This document shows, piece by piece, positions 11,002-22,994 of a stretch of DNA of 64,000 nt; within the stretch, counting starts at the first letter, position 1, and each line of letters opens with the position of its first letter. The DNA comes from Mytilus californianus. Lineage: Eukaryota. A program made the translations under genes and the position numbers. Under the pieces are notes generated by a model that saw only the letters and a program-made list of their open reading frames with translations, was not told the DNA's origin and made no database searches. Location: NCBI RefSeq assembly GCF_021869535.1, contig NW_026262723.1, positions 63,984,001-64,048,000 of the forward strand. The letters are read 5' to 3'.

Positions 11002-14000
11002 TTAAAACATTCGGCTAAAAACTTCTTTTGATATTTTCATAGACATTCCGTTAATGTCAGAGATTTCAAACAATCCAGGAAGTCTAAATCGTTGTCTCAT
11101 TTTACCAGTTTGGAATGTTACAAATGATATCTTGAACTCTACTCTTCCGTCTGTAAAGAGAACACTATTCTTTTCATACTCCACCTGAAAGTGAAAAAAA
11201 AACTCCATACTGGTGTTGAAGATATGGTACTCTCGACTCTCCATATAATAGCCGGGTTGATATAAAAAAAAAAAAGGAAACGTTATAAAAAGAATATCCA
11301 TGACTGGGCATAGGTATTCGTCATGACAATCTATGCTATATATTTTTCAAAAATAATTTGAAAGTCGTCTAAGTTTTTTGTATATTCGGTCAAAGAATTT
11401 TTTTTCATTTTTTTTTAATCGCACATAATAATTACTTACTATTATGTATAGCAATATAACAGACAAAAATAATTCTTGTGTTTATATCATTAGAAAATGA
11501 AAATTCCTCATAACAAAAAAATATCCAAATAAATAAATTAACCAGCGACAATTATAGTTCTAGTGGTACCAAGTCGATTAAAATACGACCAACATTTTTA
11601 TTTCAAACTTTTATATCAAGTTTATACTGATATAGCAAGTGTCGAACTCTCATGTGTTTGCACTGGGTTTAAAAAAAACACAAAGAAAAAAATATTTACA
11701 TATTATAAAGTGTATTCAATACTTATAAATATAGTATTAACTGTTAGAGACTATTGATTTTAAATTGATTTCCTTCATAGGCTCATAACAGTGCACAAAA
11801 ACGGAGGGATTCAATAAATCTCAAACATCTAGAAAGTACATAAATTATAGTAAAAAATTATTCAGGAAATAGTGAGCATTGATTAAAAGCTAGAGACACG
11901 TGACAATTTTTGACCTTTACATTTTAGTTTTCATGAATGTATAGTGATAAGGTACCAATGCTTGACGGATGTTCTTATTACTCCCTCCTCCAATAGCAAT
12001 CCTCGACTAAATCAACACTTATGACTTATAATGGGTTTCGGGTTCCACAAGGAAACAATATGAACATAACCGCATATGTCCTCATGTTGTATTATGCAAA
12101 CTCATTCAATGTTACAATTTCGAAAGGCATTATATGTAAATGCTAAGAGGACTAACTATGTAACCTTCAAACTTATTGATATAGGGTTATTTCAAACTAT
12201 GCGTAGCAATGGCAGGCGAAATTAAAAAAAATACCTTTGAAACAATTGAGTTCTTGGAGAGTATGAATCTGTAAAGAGCTTTTAAATCTTTTATTTTTTC
12301 CGCTGCTATCTTCTGCTTTGTAACAAAAGTGGATCCACAAACTAAAATGACAATGAATATCGTACACATCGGCAAACAAATTTTTAAATGTAAAATAAAG
12401 TACATGTATATTTTGACATATTTATGCAACTGACAAAAGGCATCGAGAATTATTTTAAGATGCCCTTATTGGATCAACTGGAGTATACGGAACAAATGGT
12501 TCCCAGTTGCGCATTATTAATGAGTAAATTTGCAATTATTAAATTATAAATAAAAACATATCGACATATCGCCACATCGACATATCGACACATCGACACC
12601 TCTACATATCGACATATCGACACATCGACATATTGACACATCGACATATCGATACATAGACACATCGACACATTGAAACATAGACACATCGACACATCGA
12701 CATATCGAAGGACTATCGTAAAATTAAATCTATTAAATCGTAATTTTAAAGTTTTTTCAATTTGTGATTTCACATGAGAATATAATGCAAACGCAATAGT
12801 AAAGCTTCATGCTGTGTCAATGACAGTTCGAGTAGCGTATGATGTGTCAGTGTACAATCAAGCACCGTTGTTTGTGTCAATTTGCAGTCTGGCGCCGTAG
12901 GCTGTGTCAATATGTAGTTTAGCGCCGTAGGCTGTGTCAATGTGCCGTCTAGCGCCGTAGGCTGTGTTAATGTGTAAGGTTGAGCCAACTTGTTCTCGTA
13001 CCTCAAACAAATGACAAGATATATTCCTCACTGATATTACTGCCGCTCAATTTTAATGATTTTATTTTGTAGTAAAAATGTGAAACAATCAATTTGAAAC
13101 TTTTGCAAGAATAAAAGAGAGGACATAAAAACGTGTTTTATGGTATAGCATAATTAGATGAAACGTGATGCCATATATCAGGAAACTGACTTGTTAATTG
13201 CTGAGAAAAATTGTGTGAAAGTTTCATATATGTGCATGTTTTAAATATGTTAATGTACAAATATTTTAAATATAAGCTTTTGGCAAACAGGGAATTTACA
13301 AAGGAAATACATCATGGAAGAAACTGCAAACGTGTTGCAAAAGTATGGCATAACGAAATGAACTTTGGTCCCATATATCTAGACACTTTGACTTGTAGTT
13401 TCTGATAAAAATGCAACAGAAATGTGTTTCGGGCAGTTAGCCGCATGAACGTACGTACGGACGAACAGAAGTAAATAAATATATCCCAATCTTTTGAAGA
13501 AGGTTACATACACTGTTAAAATGTACATTTTGTTCTACTTACTTGTTAGTATTATTTTGTCCTGTTTATTCTTGCTGGTATCGACCCGATCACATTGTGG
13601 ACATTTTTTTGCGCAGCGTTTTTTCAGATGTCTGGTTGATCGTTTACCAAAAATACCTGAATTATGTAGAATGTGATATTTATTTCTAATTGTCAAATTG
13701 GTGCATGTATTTTGAAGTGAAAATATCAGTATATGAAAATATTAAAGAAATCTCAGTGTTGGAAAACAGTTTTAGTATTCATGAAACTTAAAGTTTTTGG
13801 TCATTCAAATATTTTGACCTCGAGCCTCCCTGTCTCAAAGCGCTTCTAGTGCAATAAAATTGGTACCGTTAATGTTATTAACAGATTAAGTAACTTATAA
13901 ACGATGCTACACATTTTCTTTTTTTTTCGATAATTTTGTACATGCATATTTTGAAATGTTCTGTAAAATAAAACAATATTCAGTAATTTTTGTGTTATAA

Positions 14001-16121
14001 TGATATCTTTAAAGTTAATCACAATCTTACTTTTAATGCCACCCCAAACTTTTTTACCAGTGTCAACAATACCATTTTTAACCTTATTAGCCTGTTCTTC
14101 AGCTTGATTTAACCATCCTTTCATTTTCCAAGTGACATCTTCGGACCAAGAATTAAGTTTTCTATCTAGATTTTGAACCAACTGCCCAACGTTCTGTCCG
14201 AACTTAGCAGCTTTTGTAATAGGTTTGTTAACTTCGATCAATAGTCCTTTAATGATCTGTTCGTGTATTTGTGGTGGTTTACTATAAATGAATAAAAGAA
14301 CAGTTTAGTATTCATATGCATGAAAGGGAGTCTTGGGTACACTTCAATGAGACAATAAACAAGATAAAAAAAAACAGTTACCATAGCAACAAGCAGTTTT
14401 GTTTTTTTCAAATAAAGAAATGTATATACTTGTTTGTGTGGCAGCTTTTAAAGTGTTATACTTGTTTCGTCATTATTCTTCCACTCCTTTATTTATTAGT
14501 TCAAGATTATTACCAACATGTTTAAGTCCTTTTAAATAAAGGTAGAAACACGCAATTATATGGTAACCGTTGTTTTCCATGTAATTTACTTATAATTGAT
14601 TGATTGTTGTTTGCTTAACGTCCAGTAATTTACTTATAATCAAACGGTTCAAATACTTGTGATCGTTGAATATGTTTAAAATATACAAGTGAGGTAAATT
14701 GTTATAGGTTGAGGGCATGATTCGCATGGGGTTATGGAATGCATACAAGGAGAAGCCTACTATATCGACGCATCTGATATCGCACTATTTTGGATTTCCT
14801 TTCTGTTCATCATTTATGCATGTCATCTGCAGCCTTCTGTGCTCTTATGTTGTAAATGTCAGAAGTGTTTTTAAGCGTTTTTAACACGGAACAAAACTAC
14901 GTATCTTAGTTGTATATATAATCTTATCATACATACGTGCATGTGTCCGTATTTTGCTACTTTTATAATTGAACCACTTATGTTGCTAATTTATTAACAT
15001 AATACCGAATTCCAAGGCAACTTAAAAAAAGGGGGAAGTCCATAAAACCAAACAAAACCAAACGCTCGACTATACCAACCAATGGTACGACTGGAAAACG
15101 GTGATCTATAGTTGCTTGCATACACGTCATTTGGTTTCTGGTGGATAGTTTGTTTCCTTGGCAATACTACCACTCATCCGTATTGTTATATTACAGAGAT
15201 TGGAATAAATTTAACACGGAATAAAATTGAGAATGCATATTTATTTGTATGATTGTCAATATTTCAGATATGAGTTTTGTGACTCAGGCCGGAAAATGTA
15301 TATCAAAAATATTAATCAAATTAAAGGACCAATTTTATATAAATTATAAGCCTGGTAGTTTTATTATCAATATTATCAATAACAAAATAAAACTTACGAT
15401 TGACAACGATTTTTTTCACATTGTGTGCATGATACCATTGTTTTGTTGATGTTGGCCTCGCATTCCAAAGTTGAAAGCGTCTGAATGTTTGTAATCTTTT
15501 CAATTTCATCAAGTATATAAAGTAAAATGTCTTTGCTCGTCTGAATATTTATTTCTAAAATCAAAAACCAAGACCATGTCATTCATAAGTATAATTTAAC
15601 AGTTTGAAATTAAAAAGAACTGTTGAGAAGTTCCAAAAGGCTATAAAAATATGTTGTATTAGATCTCATTTTCCAATTACAATAGGAAATGAGTGCACCT
15701 GATTTTAATGTATATCATAAAACAATTCTTATGTATACTGTCTATTTTCAAGAGAATATTTTGAAACAAACTCTATGTGAACAAGTGGTGACTTGATATT
15801 TACAGTTATAAATTAATGTGGTTGGTTGCCGCCAAACCTCCATATGTATGACAGTAAATAAAACTTCAATTATGTATTTTGGTAACGATGTTCCTTACTA
15901 GGGTAAGCAAAGTGTCTGGAATGACTGTACGCAGTTATATTAATTTTCATATAACCACACAATAAAATCAAACCTAACCTTCCTCTTTTTTTTTTACAAA
16001 ATATCTTATGTAAACATAACTTACTGTTCACGTTGTTTTGATGAAGGGACTCTAAATCTCCAAGACAAAAACAGAAAAATGTTACTACTACTACAAACAC
16101 GGAAAATATCATTTTGTTCAT
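11002..16121 (-). CDS. Secreted precursor gene 2 (302 aa), paralog of gene 1 with a shorter, less cationic helix exon
   Basis: Coding exons 16121-16025, 15554-15398, 14281-14031, 13656-13543, 12341-12235, 11184-11002 (phases 1,2,1,1,0; 909 nt). Protein: MNKMIFSVFVVVVTFFCFCLG-DLESLHQNNVNKINIQTSKDILLYILDEIEK...LECEANINKTMVSCTQCEKNRCQSKPPQ...TGKKVWGGIKSIFGKRSTRHLKKRCAKKCPQC...ICGSTF...ISKEVFSRMF*. The last two exons are the same length as in gene 1 (107 and 183 nt). Confidence 0.9.
12557..12708. repeat. Degenerate 8-bp micro/minisatellite (acatcgac / atatcgac)n, intronic
   Basis: Direct reading of tandem cgacatat/cgacacat units. Confidence 0.9.
12800..12985. repeat. 30-bp minisatellite, about 6 units, intronic
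   Basis: Anchor gctgtgtcaat or a variant recurs at 12811, 12841, 12871, 12901, 12931 and 12961. Confidence 0.9.
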
Positions 16122-17539
16122 TTTCAAAACTGCAATATATAGGCGAAATTTTTTTATTTATACTGAAAAGTTACGCCAGTTTTCAGAATCAAACACAAAA
16201 TAGGTCATGAATATTAGGACCTAACGGCTAAACAATATTTGAAAAATGAAAGAGATTCCCTCGGGTAAAAGAGAGGCGTAAAACATGTTAAATTGTTTTT
16301 TTTTATTCCAACATATGTCACATTGTTTTGAATTGTTCATATTCACAAAGGTCAGACTAGTGCTGCTTAAGATACTATCATAAAGTAGGTCTGCAAAAAT
16401 CTATTGTTTGACACAAACATAAGCACATTCATTTTAAAGTTTTTGTCATATACCACATCAGCAAATTAATAAATTGTTTTGTTTTCTTACCTTTTTTATT
16501 TATTATTTTATTAGCTCAATAATCAAATTATATTTCAAAACAGAATTGATCAGAAAAAGTTGGTTCACTTAGTTTTTTTCTCCAATTTTTTGGTATTACT
16601 GTAAGTCTTCCACAAGAAAGAAATCCACAAATATTTTATTCAAAATAAACATAAAACATAATTTGTAATTATTGAATTATCAAAGAGGAAAAGAAATGGG
16701 TGAGGATGTGGATGGGGTTTACAGAATAGAGAATAATGGGGAAAAATATAAAAAATAGAGAATAATGGGCAAAACGTATAAAAAATAGAGAAAAATGGCC
16801 TAAAAATTAAAGAATTCAGAAATAAAGGACCCCCATCTAGACCCTCATGGGTATGTTTCATTTGTAAAGTTTTTTTCACGTAAAATCAATATGTATAAAA
16901 ACTGACTGTATAAAAAGTAAAGAATATACTAGAACGCATAAAATAATTACTCCCACATATTATCAGATCTATTACAATATGTCACTTCATACGTAGTCAG
17001 GATAGTTTATCGGACTCGATTTGACATATTGTTTTTTTACATGCGCCTCCGGTTTGAATTAATTAAACATTCAAAAGTTATCATAAATTACAAAATAAAA
17101 AGCATTATGAAAATACAATCAAAACCGTGGTAAATCTCAATAAAAGAAACCTTAAATGTCCTTATGTTGAATACTGTGATATGTTGGCGTTCAAACTGAA
17201 AATTCGGTAACAAGATCAACAACGGTCTCCATGGAATGCTAATTAAAATAAATGCAAATCATTATTAAATGATAACATTGTGTAAAGGAGTACTAAATTT
17301 ATCCTCAAAATATGTGACGACAATTTCAATAACTGAAACTACCTCAATTGTCATGAACTTAAAGTAAGCTTAAGTAAACTCGCCAAAGTTCATTGATTCA
17401 TGGTTTTGTTTTCGAAATTGTCTAGTCTAACTTAGTGTTAATATCCTATTTTTGTGGTTAAAAAGTCTATATTTCCGTTTCTTTTCTTATTTGTGATTTA
17501 ATACTAATGATATTTATTAAAAAATAACCAACATAAAAA

Positions 17540-17854
17540 AATAAAAAACGAAAGTGTTTTCATTTTTCGTTTTTGATTTCATTATACAAAAAACGAAAAA
17601 CGAAAGTGTTTTCATTTTTCATTTTTGATTTCACAAAAAAAAAAAACGAAAAACGAAAGTGTTTTCATTTTTCATTTTTGCTTTCACAAAACAAAAAACG
17701 AAAGTGTATTCGGTCCGTGTATATTTGCGTCCATTCGTTTTTCGTTTTGAAATTATCAAAATCAAAAAACAAAAAACGAAAGTGTTTTCATTTTTCGTTT
17801 TTGATTTTGATATTTCAAAACGAAAAAACGAATGGACGCAAATATACACGGACC
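17540..17854. mobile_element. Foldback/MITE-like palindrome (17712-17854) with preceding tandem subunits
   Basis: ggtccgtgtatatttgcgtccattcgtttttcgttttgaaat at 17712 is inverted at ~17812-17854; the aaaaacgaaagtgttttcatttttc subunit is repeated five or more times from 17540. Confidence 0.8.
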
Positions 17855-18019
17855 CCTGATGCTCGCTTTTTCTTTTGTTTTTCTCACGTTTTCACATGTT
17901 TAAGAACGTTGGATACATATAATGACCTCTTATTGTCCCTTAAAGCTTCCTAGCGAATGTCAACCCTTTTTGTCCAAATGATATTTGATATTTGTGTCCT
18001 GCAGTATGTCCATATAATA

Positions 18020-18945
18020 TGAAAATAAGGAGGTGTGGTGTGATTGCCAAAGAGACAACTATCCACCAAAGTTCAAATGAAGTTGGTGTAAGCAATTATA
18101 GGCAACCGTAGGACCTTCAACAATGAGAAAAACCCATACCGTATAGTCGGCTATAAAAGGCCAAGTTTAAATTATCGTAAAAGAGATCTCTCAACTGTCT
18201 TGTAATGTGGAGTTTTCAACTAAATACTCTTTATAAATATTTTGTAATATGAAATGGTTTCCGAAGTTCAAGTGGACTACACCAGAATTGAAGACAATAT
18301 TACACATGACAGTTTGAGAAACTTCTCTTCATCTATAGTATTTTCGATTTTATCGAGATTAAAATTAAGAAAATAATAATTTGGTCATTTATTTCTGAAC
18401 TCATGCTACGTTTTAAAATATTATTCAATTATTCTATTATCTATTTGGTATTTTTCTATAATGTATCCATCAATAAATGTCTAAATTCTTGTGAATTTTA
18501 ACCCATGCTTTAAACATGTAAATGTAACGATTTTGTTCTAACCCCGATACTGACATTTTGAAGGAGTGTGGATTTGTATGGTAGGTGATGAATGCAAAGC
18601 AGAAGACGCTTATCATGTCGACGTACCCGGTCTCGCTAGTTTTGGAATTCATGCTATTCCCTCGGTTTTTGTTCTTATAAAAATAAGAAGATGTGGTATG
18701 ATTGCAAATGAGACAACTATCCACCAAAGTTCCAACGAATTGGATGTAAGCAGTTATACTTAGGCAAGCGTACAGCCTTCAACAACGAGAAAAACGCATA
18801 CCGTATAATCGGCCATTAAAGGCCCCGACATGAAAAATATGAAACAATTCAATTAAGAAACCTGAAGGACTAATTTATGACAACAAATATAACAGACATG
18901 AACCAACGACAACCACTAAACTTCAGGCTCCTGACTTGAGACAGA
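18020..18945 (+). repeat. Two copies (18020-18165, 18680-18945) of the dominant dispersed repeat family of this window
   Basis: Consensus aataagaagatgtggtatgattgccaatgagacaactatccacca...ggccttcaacaatgagaaaa.ccatacc.ta.agtc.gctataaaaggccccga. Other copies at ~1225, 3000, 8890(-), 20430(-), 28990(-), 31030(-), 34760(-), 41605 and 42430. Class (SINE versus non-autonomous DNA element) not determinable here. Confidence 0.85.
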
Positions 18946-19557
18946 CACAGTTGTGTAACAGAACGACACCAGGACAAACTTTAAAAATCAGTTGAAAAGG
19001 GCTTATCTCATCGATCGATACAAAGCAGAAAAAACATCTAACAAAAACACAGACCGGATCATTTGCCGGTATTTGTATTTTTGTAATGGATTTGTGAGGT
19101 TTGAACAGCGGTAAACTACTGTCGTCACACAAATCATAAATAAGAAAACAAATTAACAAGTAAAAAAATATATGGAAATGATAGTTGATAATTGTCATGA
19201 TCAAAACAACATAGGTTAGACAACGCCTAGAAAATAATTATAAACGTAGACCTATATATTTCATAACCCATAAAGTCTTATCAAGCAATATTAGAATAAA
19301 TAAAAAAAAAGAATGAAATGAAATGATATGGAATTGATATGAAAAAATAATCTTATATGAAAGGAAGAGAGCTTTTGATGACATCTTGTCACTCGCTAGG
19401 GCATTAACGATGGTCTGGAGAGATCTCATCTTTACATATGTCAAGTAGTTTTTTTTTGTCCTGATTTATATATCAAAATGTATTTACGAGTTTTGAACAT
19501 AAGTTATCTATTGCTACCTCTTAACGAGCAAATAGTTAAAGAATGAATGAATTAATA

Positions 19558-19900
19558 GAGGATTGATTGATTGTTGGTTGCTTAACGACCAGTGGCAAAT
19601 ATTTCATGCATGTTCAGGACGAGAACAAATTAACAATAAATACAATAGGTAGGTAGGCCGTCCAGGATAAAGGTCGGAGATATTTAGAATGTTACGGGAA
19701 AATTAGGGTATGTTGGATAGGGACAGAAATTTAGCCTTGCAACAGGCCACCTACGGACCCCTCAAAGAGTTGTTGCAGAGGTTCTTAAAGTGCAAAGAGC
19801 GTGACACTCTCTTTACACGAGACATCGGATTTAACGTCTTCATTCTGACGTGGCTGCGAACTTGTACATCCCGCACAGCCAAATGTACGCACAGTGCGAG
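19558..19900. repeat. GC-richer dispersed repeat beginning with (GATT)n, probably a SINE on the minus strand; short copy at ~14597-14630
   Basis: gattgattgattgttggttgcttaacg.ccagt is shared with 14597; the body is markedly more GC-rich than its flanks. Confidence 0.5.
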
Positions 19901-20429
19901 GGTTTTACTGACGGTTGGAGGAAGACCAATGGTAAACATATTTCTATTCCCCAGTCACCCTTCGGGATATCTATTAGAAGAGAAAGAATATTTGTGGAAG
20001 CAATTCACACAAAAATCTATTGACATACAAGGAAAGAATCAGTTATTTAAAGCATAATTCTTTTTTAGAACTTATATTGAACATCTATTCAGTTATGTGC
20101 TATAGTTTTAGTATGACGAAAAAAAAATTCACTTCTTTACTCGTACTATGAATAACACTTCTGTACTCGTACTATGAATAACAAATTTATTTTGTTAAAA
20201 ATGTTTCTGTACTCCTAACAACTAAATTATTATATTTAAATTTACCTGTGTACGTTACTTTATTTAACGCCATTTTGTCTTAGGTTAAAGTTGTCTTTTT
20301 GACATTGACATCTTTTTTATTTATATTGTGTCATAGATCAAACTTTTTCGTTCAGTGTATATTTACTTGTTTTTGTGTATTTTTTTTTTTTTTGATCGAG
20401 TAAAGCCATTTCAATTGATATTTTATTGT

Positions 20430-20810
20430 GTGTCGTTTTATGTTGTAATGTTATAACCACTGTTTCAGGTTAGGGTGAAGGTTGGCGCCTGTTAAAACGT
20501 TTGAACCCGCCGCATTGTTATGCACCTGTCCTAAGTCAGGAGCCTGTTGTTCAGTGGTTGTCGTTTGTTGGTTTGGTTCATAAGTGTTTCTCGTTTCTCG
20601 TTTTTTATATAGATTAGACCGTTCGTATTCCTGTTTGAATTATTTTATACTAGTCTTTTTGGTGCCCTTTATAGCTTTCTGTTCGGTGTGAGCCAAGGCT
20701 TCGTGTTGCATGAAGGCCGTACTTTGACCTATAATTGTTTACTTTTTACACATTGTGACTTGGATGGATAGTTGTCTCATTGGCACTCATACCACATCTT
20801 CTTATTTATA
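20430..20810 (-). repeat. Long copy of the dominant dispersed repeat family
   Basis: Reverse complement of the 18680 consensus (ends gatagttgtctcattggcactcataccacatcttctt). Confidence 0.85.
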
Positions 20811-21317
20811 GTTAAAAGCTCAAACCTCAATCAATTTCTGTCGTGTAAAGTGTTACTACTATTGTCAAAGCAACTTTTTCTAGGTTTTGAAAGGCACTTG
20901 ATTTTTTAAGTACATCTATCGTATAACCCGGTCTTGCTCCTTTTGGAGTTCGTGTGAGTCCCTCAGTATATTTTTTTACTTTGATTTTTCATTTCCTTAT
21001 CGATTTACGAGATTTCAACATCTGTAAACTGAAGCCTTAATTTAATCATGTATCTGTATTGTTCAATTACAAAATGTCCATTAAAAAGAAATATATTTAT
21101 TTACGTCATAAATTGGCTAATTCTATAAATCAAGCAATTCATACTGTTTCACCTGACTTGCATTTAAAAAAAAAAGATAAATTTTGACTACTATTATTTT
21201 TCTCTATCTTTAAAAAAATCATGTCATTTTTTTTTTCTGTAAACTTTGATGCTCATCTTCCAATAGAAATAACAAAATAAGGGTTTGTTTTGATTAATTA
21301 AAACAACTTTAACGTAC

Positions 21318-21490
21318 CTCAAGTAACTAATGTTACTTCATAGTATACACGTGTACAACAATGAAATTAATCTACTTTTTCGTGTCTATAATTTATGAGT
21401 TTTGCTCATATTCTCATTTCAAGTGTTTGTACGTACATGCACAAATGTAACGGGGAATCCATTGTTACATGTGAAAATATTCCCTACACT
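21318..21490 (-). promoter_or_regulatory. Non-coding first exon and promoter of gene 2 (first intron ~5.2 kb), with kappaB-like sites
   Basis: Donor GAG|gtacgt at 21317 is homologous to gene 1's donor; acceptor at 16130. GGGGAATCC at 21452-21460 and GGGAATATTT (minus) at 21475-21484, the latter in the position of gene 1's motif. Confidence 0.55.
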
Positions 21491-22368
21491 TTAACATACA
21501 CGTTATGGTTCCTGTTACAGATTTTAAACTAATGAATGGTTAATAGCGGTGACATGTAGATTTTGGCACTACTATATGAAACTGTTACATCCCATTAGAG
21601 GATGACCGATTTTTTTCTGGTTGTCTCTTCAGCATAGGTCAGGGAAACAAAGTAAAATAGAGTGAATATTAAAGATCATTTTCATGCGACATGTTTTTTT
21701 CTCAACAATATGTTGTTATATTTTCAAGAAGTGATTTTGTATGCTAGAGCAAGTATCATTCATTAATGATTACGAAGGCCTATCTTTGTAATATTAGAGA
21801 CAAATATGCAGACAGCAGTAACAGTGTTAGCATGCCATCTGAAAGCACTGTTTTGCATGATATCATATGTAATCTTCGCAAAAAACGTACAAAGCACTGA
21901 TTGTTCTCTATTGGCGTGTTTTATGGACTTTTATAGTCTTTTTTTTCGCCATGCTATTGTCTTTTCTTTAGTGTATATAAATCGAAATACACTTAAAAGC
22001 ATAGATGTTCCAGTGAAAAATTCGTCATTCCTCTCAAACACTATTCTCTAGGAAGATGGTGAATCAGAACTTCTGGATGAATCATCATCTGTGCCTTTGC
22101 TTGGTGACAAAACTATAACGGAAAATTAAGACAAGGTCAGTGGAAGCTTATAGATATATTCCTAATAAAAATAAATAGAAAGCAAGTACTTTTCGGAGGT
22201 AAATGCAATATTTTCCAATAGTTCTTTGTGTTTCGGCATTGAAATTATTTAGTTTGTTCTGGGCATTGCACATTATTGTTTATTTCATGTACTGTTTATG
22301 ATGTTGCTTTAAACAATCTTTTATAAAGTACAGCAACCGATAATAGAGGAAGTACGGCAAAATTACAT

Positions 22369-22497
22369 TTGATTTTGATTTTTGGTGTTTTAACGCCACG
22401 TTTAAGTACCGCTTTTGGGCTATTTCGTGGCGGCCAGTTTTTATTGGTGGAGGAAGCCGGAGTGCCCGGAGAAAACCACCGACCTTCGATAGGAAAA
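22369..22497 (-). mobile_element. 5'-truncated SINE with V-domain-like core and 12-bp TSD
   Basis: Minus strand reads ggtcggtggttttctccgggcactccggcttcctccaccaataaaaactggccgccacg with an (atcaa)n-like tail. gcaaaattacat is duplicated at 22357-22368 and 22498-22509. Confidence 0.75.
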
Positions 22498-22994
22498 GCA
22501 AAATTACATATCAATGGTCAAGTATACTTAGAGTTTGTTTTCAGTTTCTTAGAATGTTTTTACATGAATAATGTTGTTTGTTATTTTCTATTTGTACTTC
22601 TATGATATTTATCTAAAATATTGTAGAAAGCCTTATGCCAATTTTGAGTTTGTAGCCAATCCAAATTCAAGAAGGCCAACACCACTGGACACAGTTTAAC
22701 ATAAAAGTATGAGAAATACATATACAAAGCTCCTTCTCAGAAGTTGTCTCGCATATTTAAAGACAATATGACGGGGGTGATCCAATATTAATATTTGCGA
22801 TTTCGAGTGCAACCCTGAAATAAGATATGGCTACCACAGTGGAACATAATAACGCCATAGAAGACATATCCACATACAGCTTCTCAAAAACCATATCGCA
22901 TATTAAAATCCAAATTGTGCGCATAGGATGTTCCTCTACTAATTTTAAGTTCTGGTGTGTATCCGGAAAGAAACATTGTCACTAGAGTGTAATA

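Noticed and set aside
14709-14885. GC-richer intronic island with two open frames on the plus strand
   Set aside because: No recognisable motif and no partner exons; it cannot be tied to any gene.
18170-18680. Possible second, very degraded Penelope-like RT fragment on the minus strand
   Set aside because: Only short motif-like pieces (IPKL, IASSA) across several frameshifts; too weak to call.
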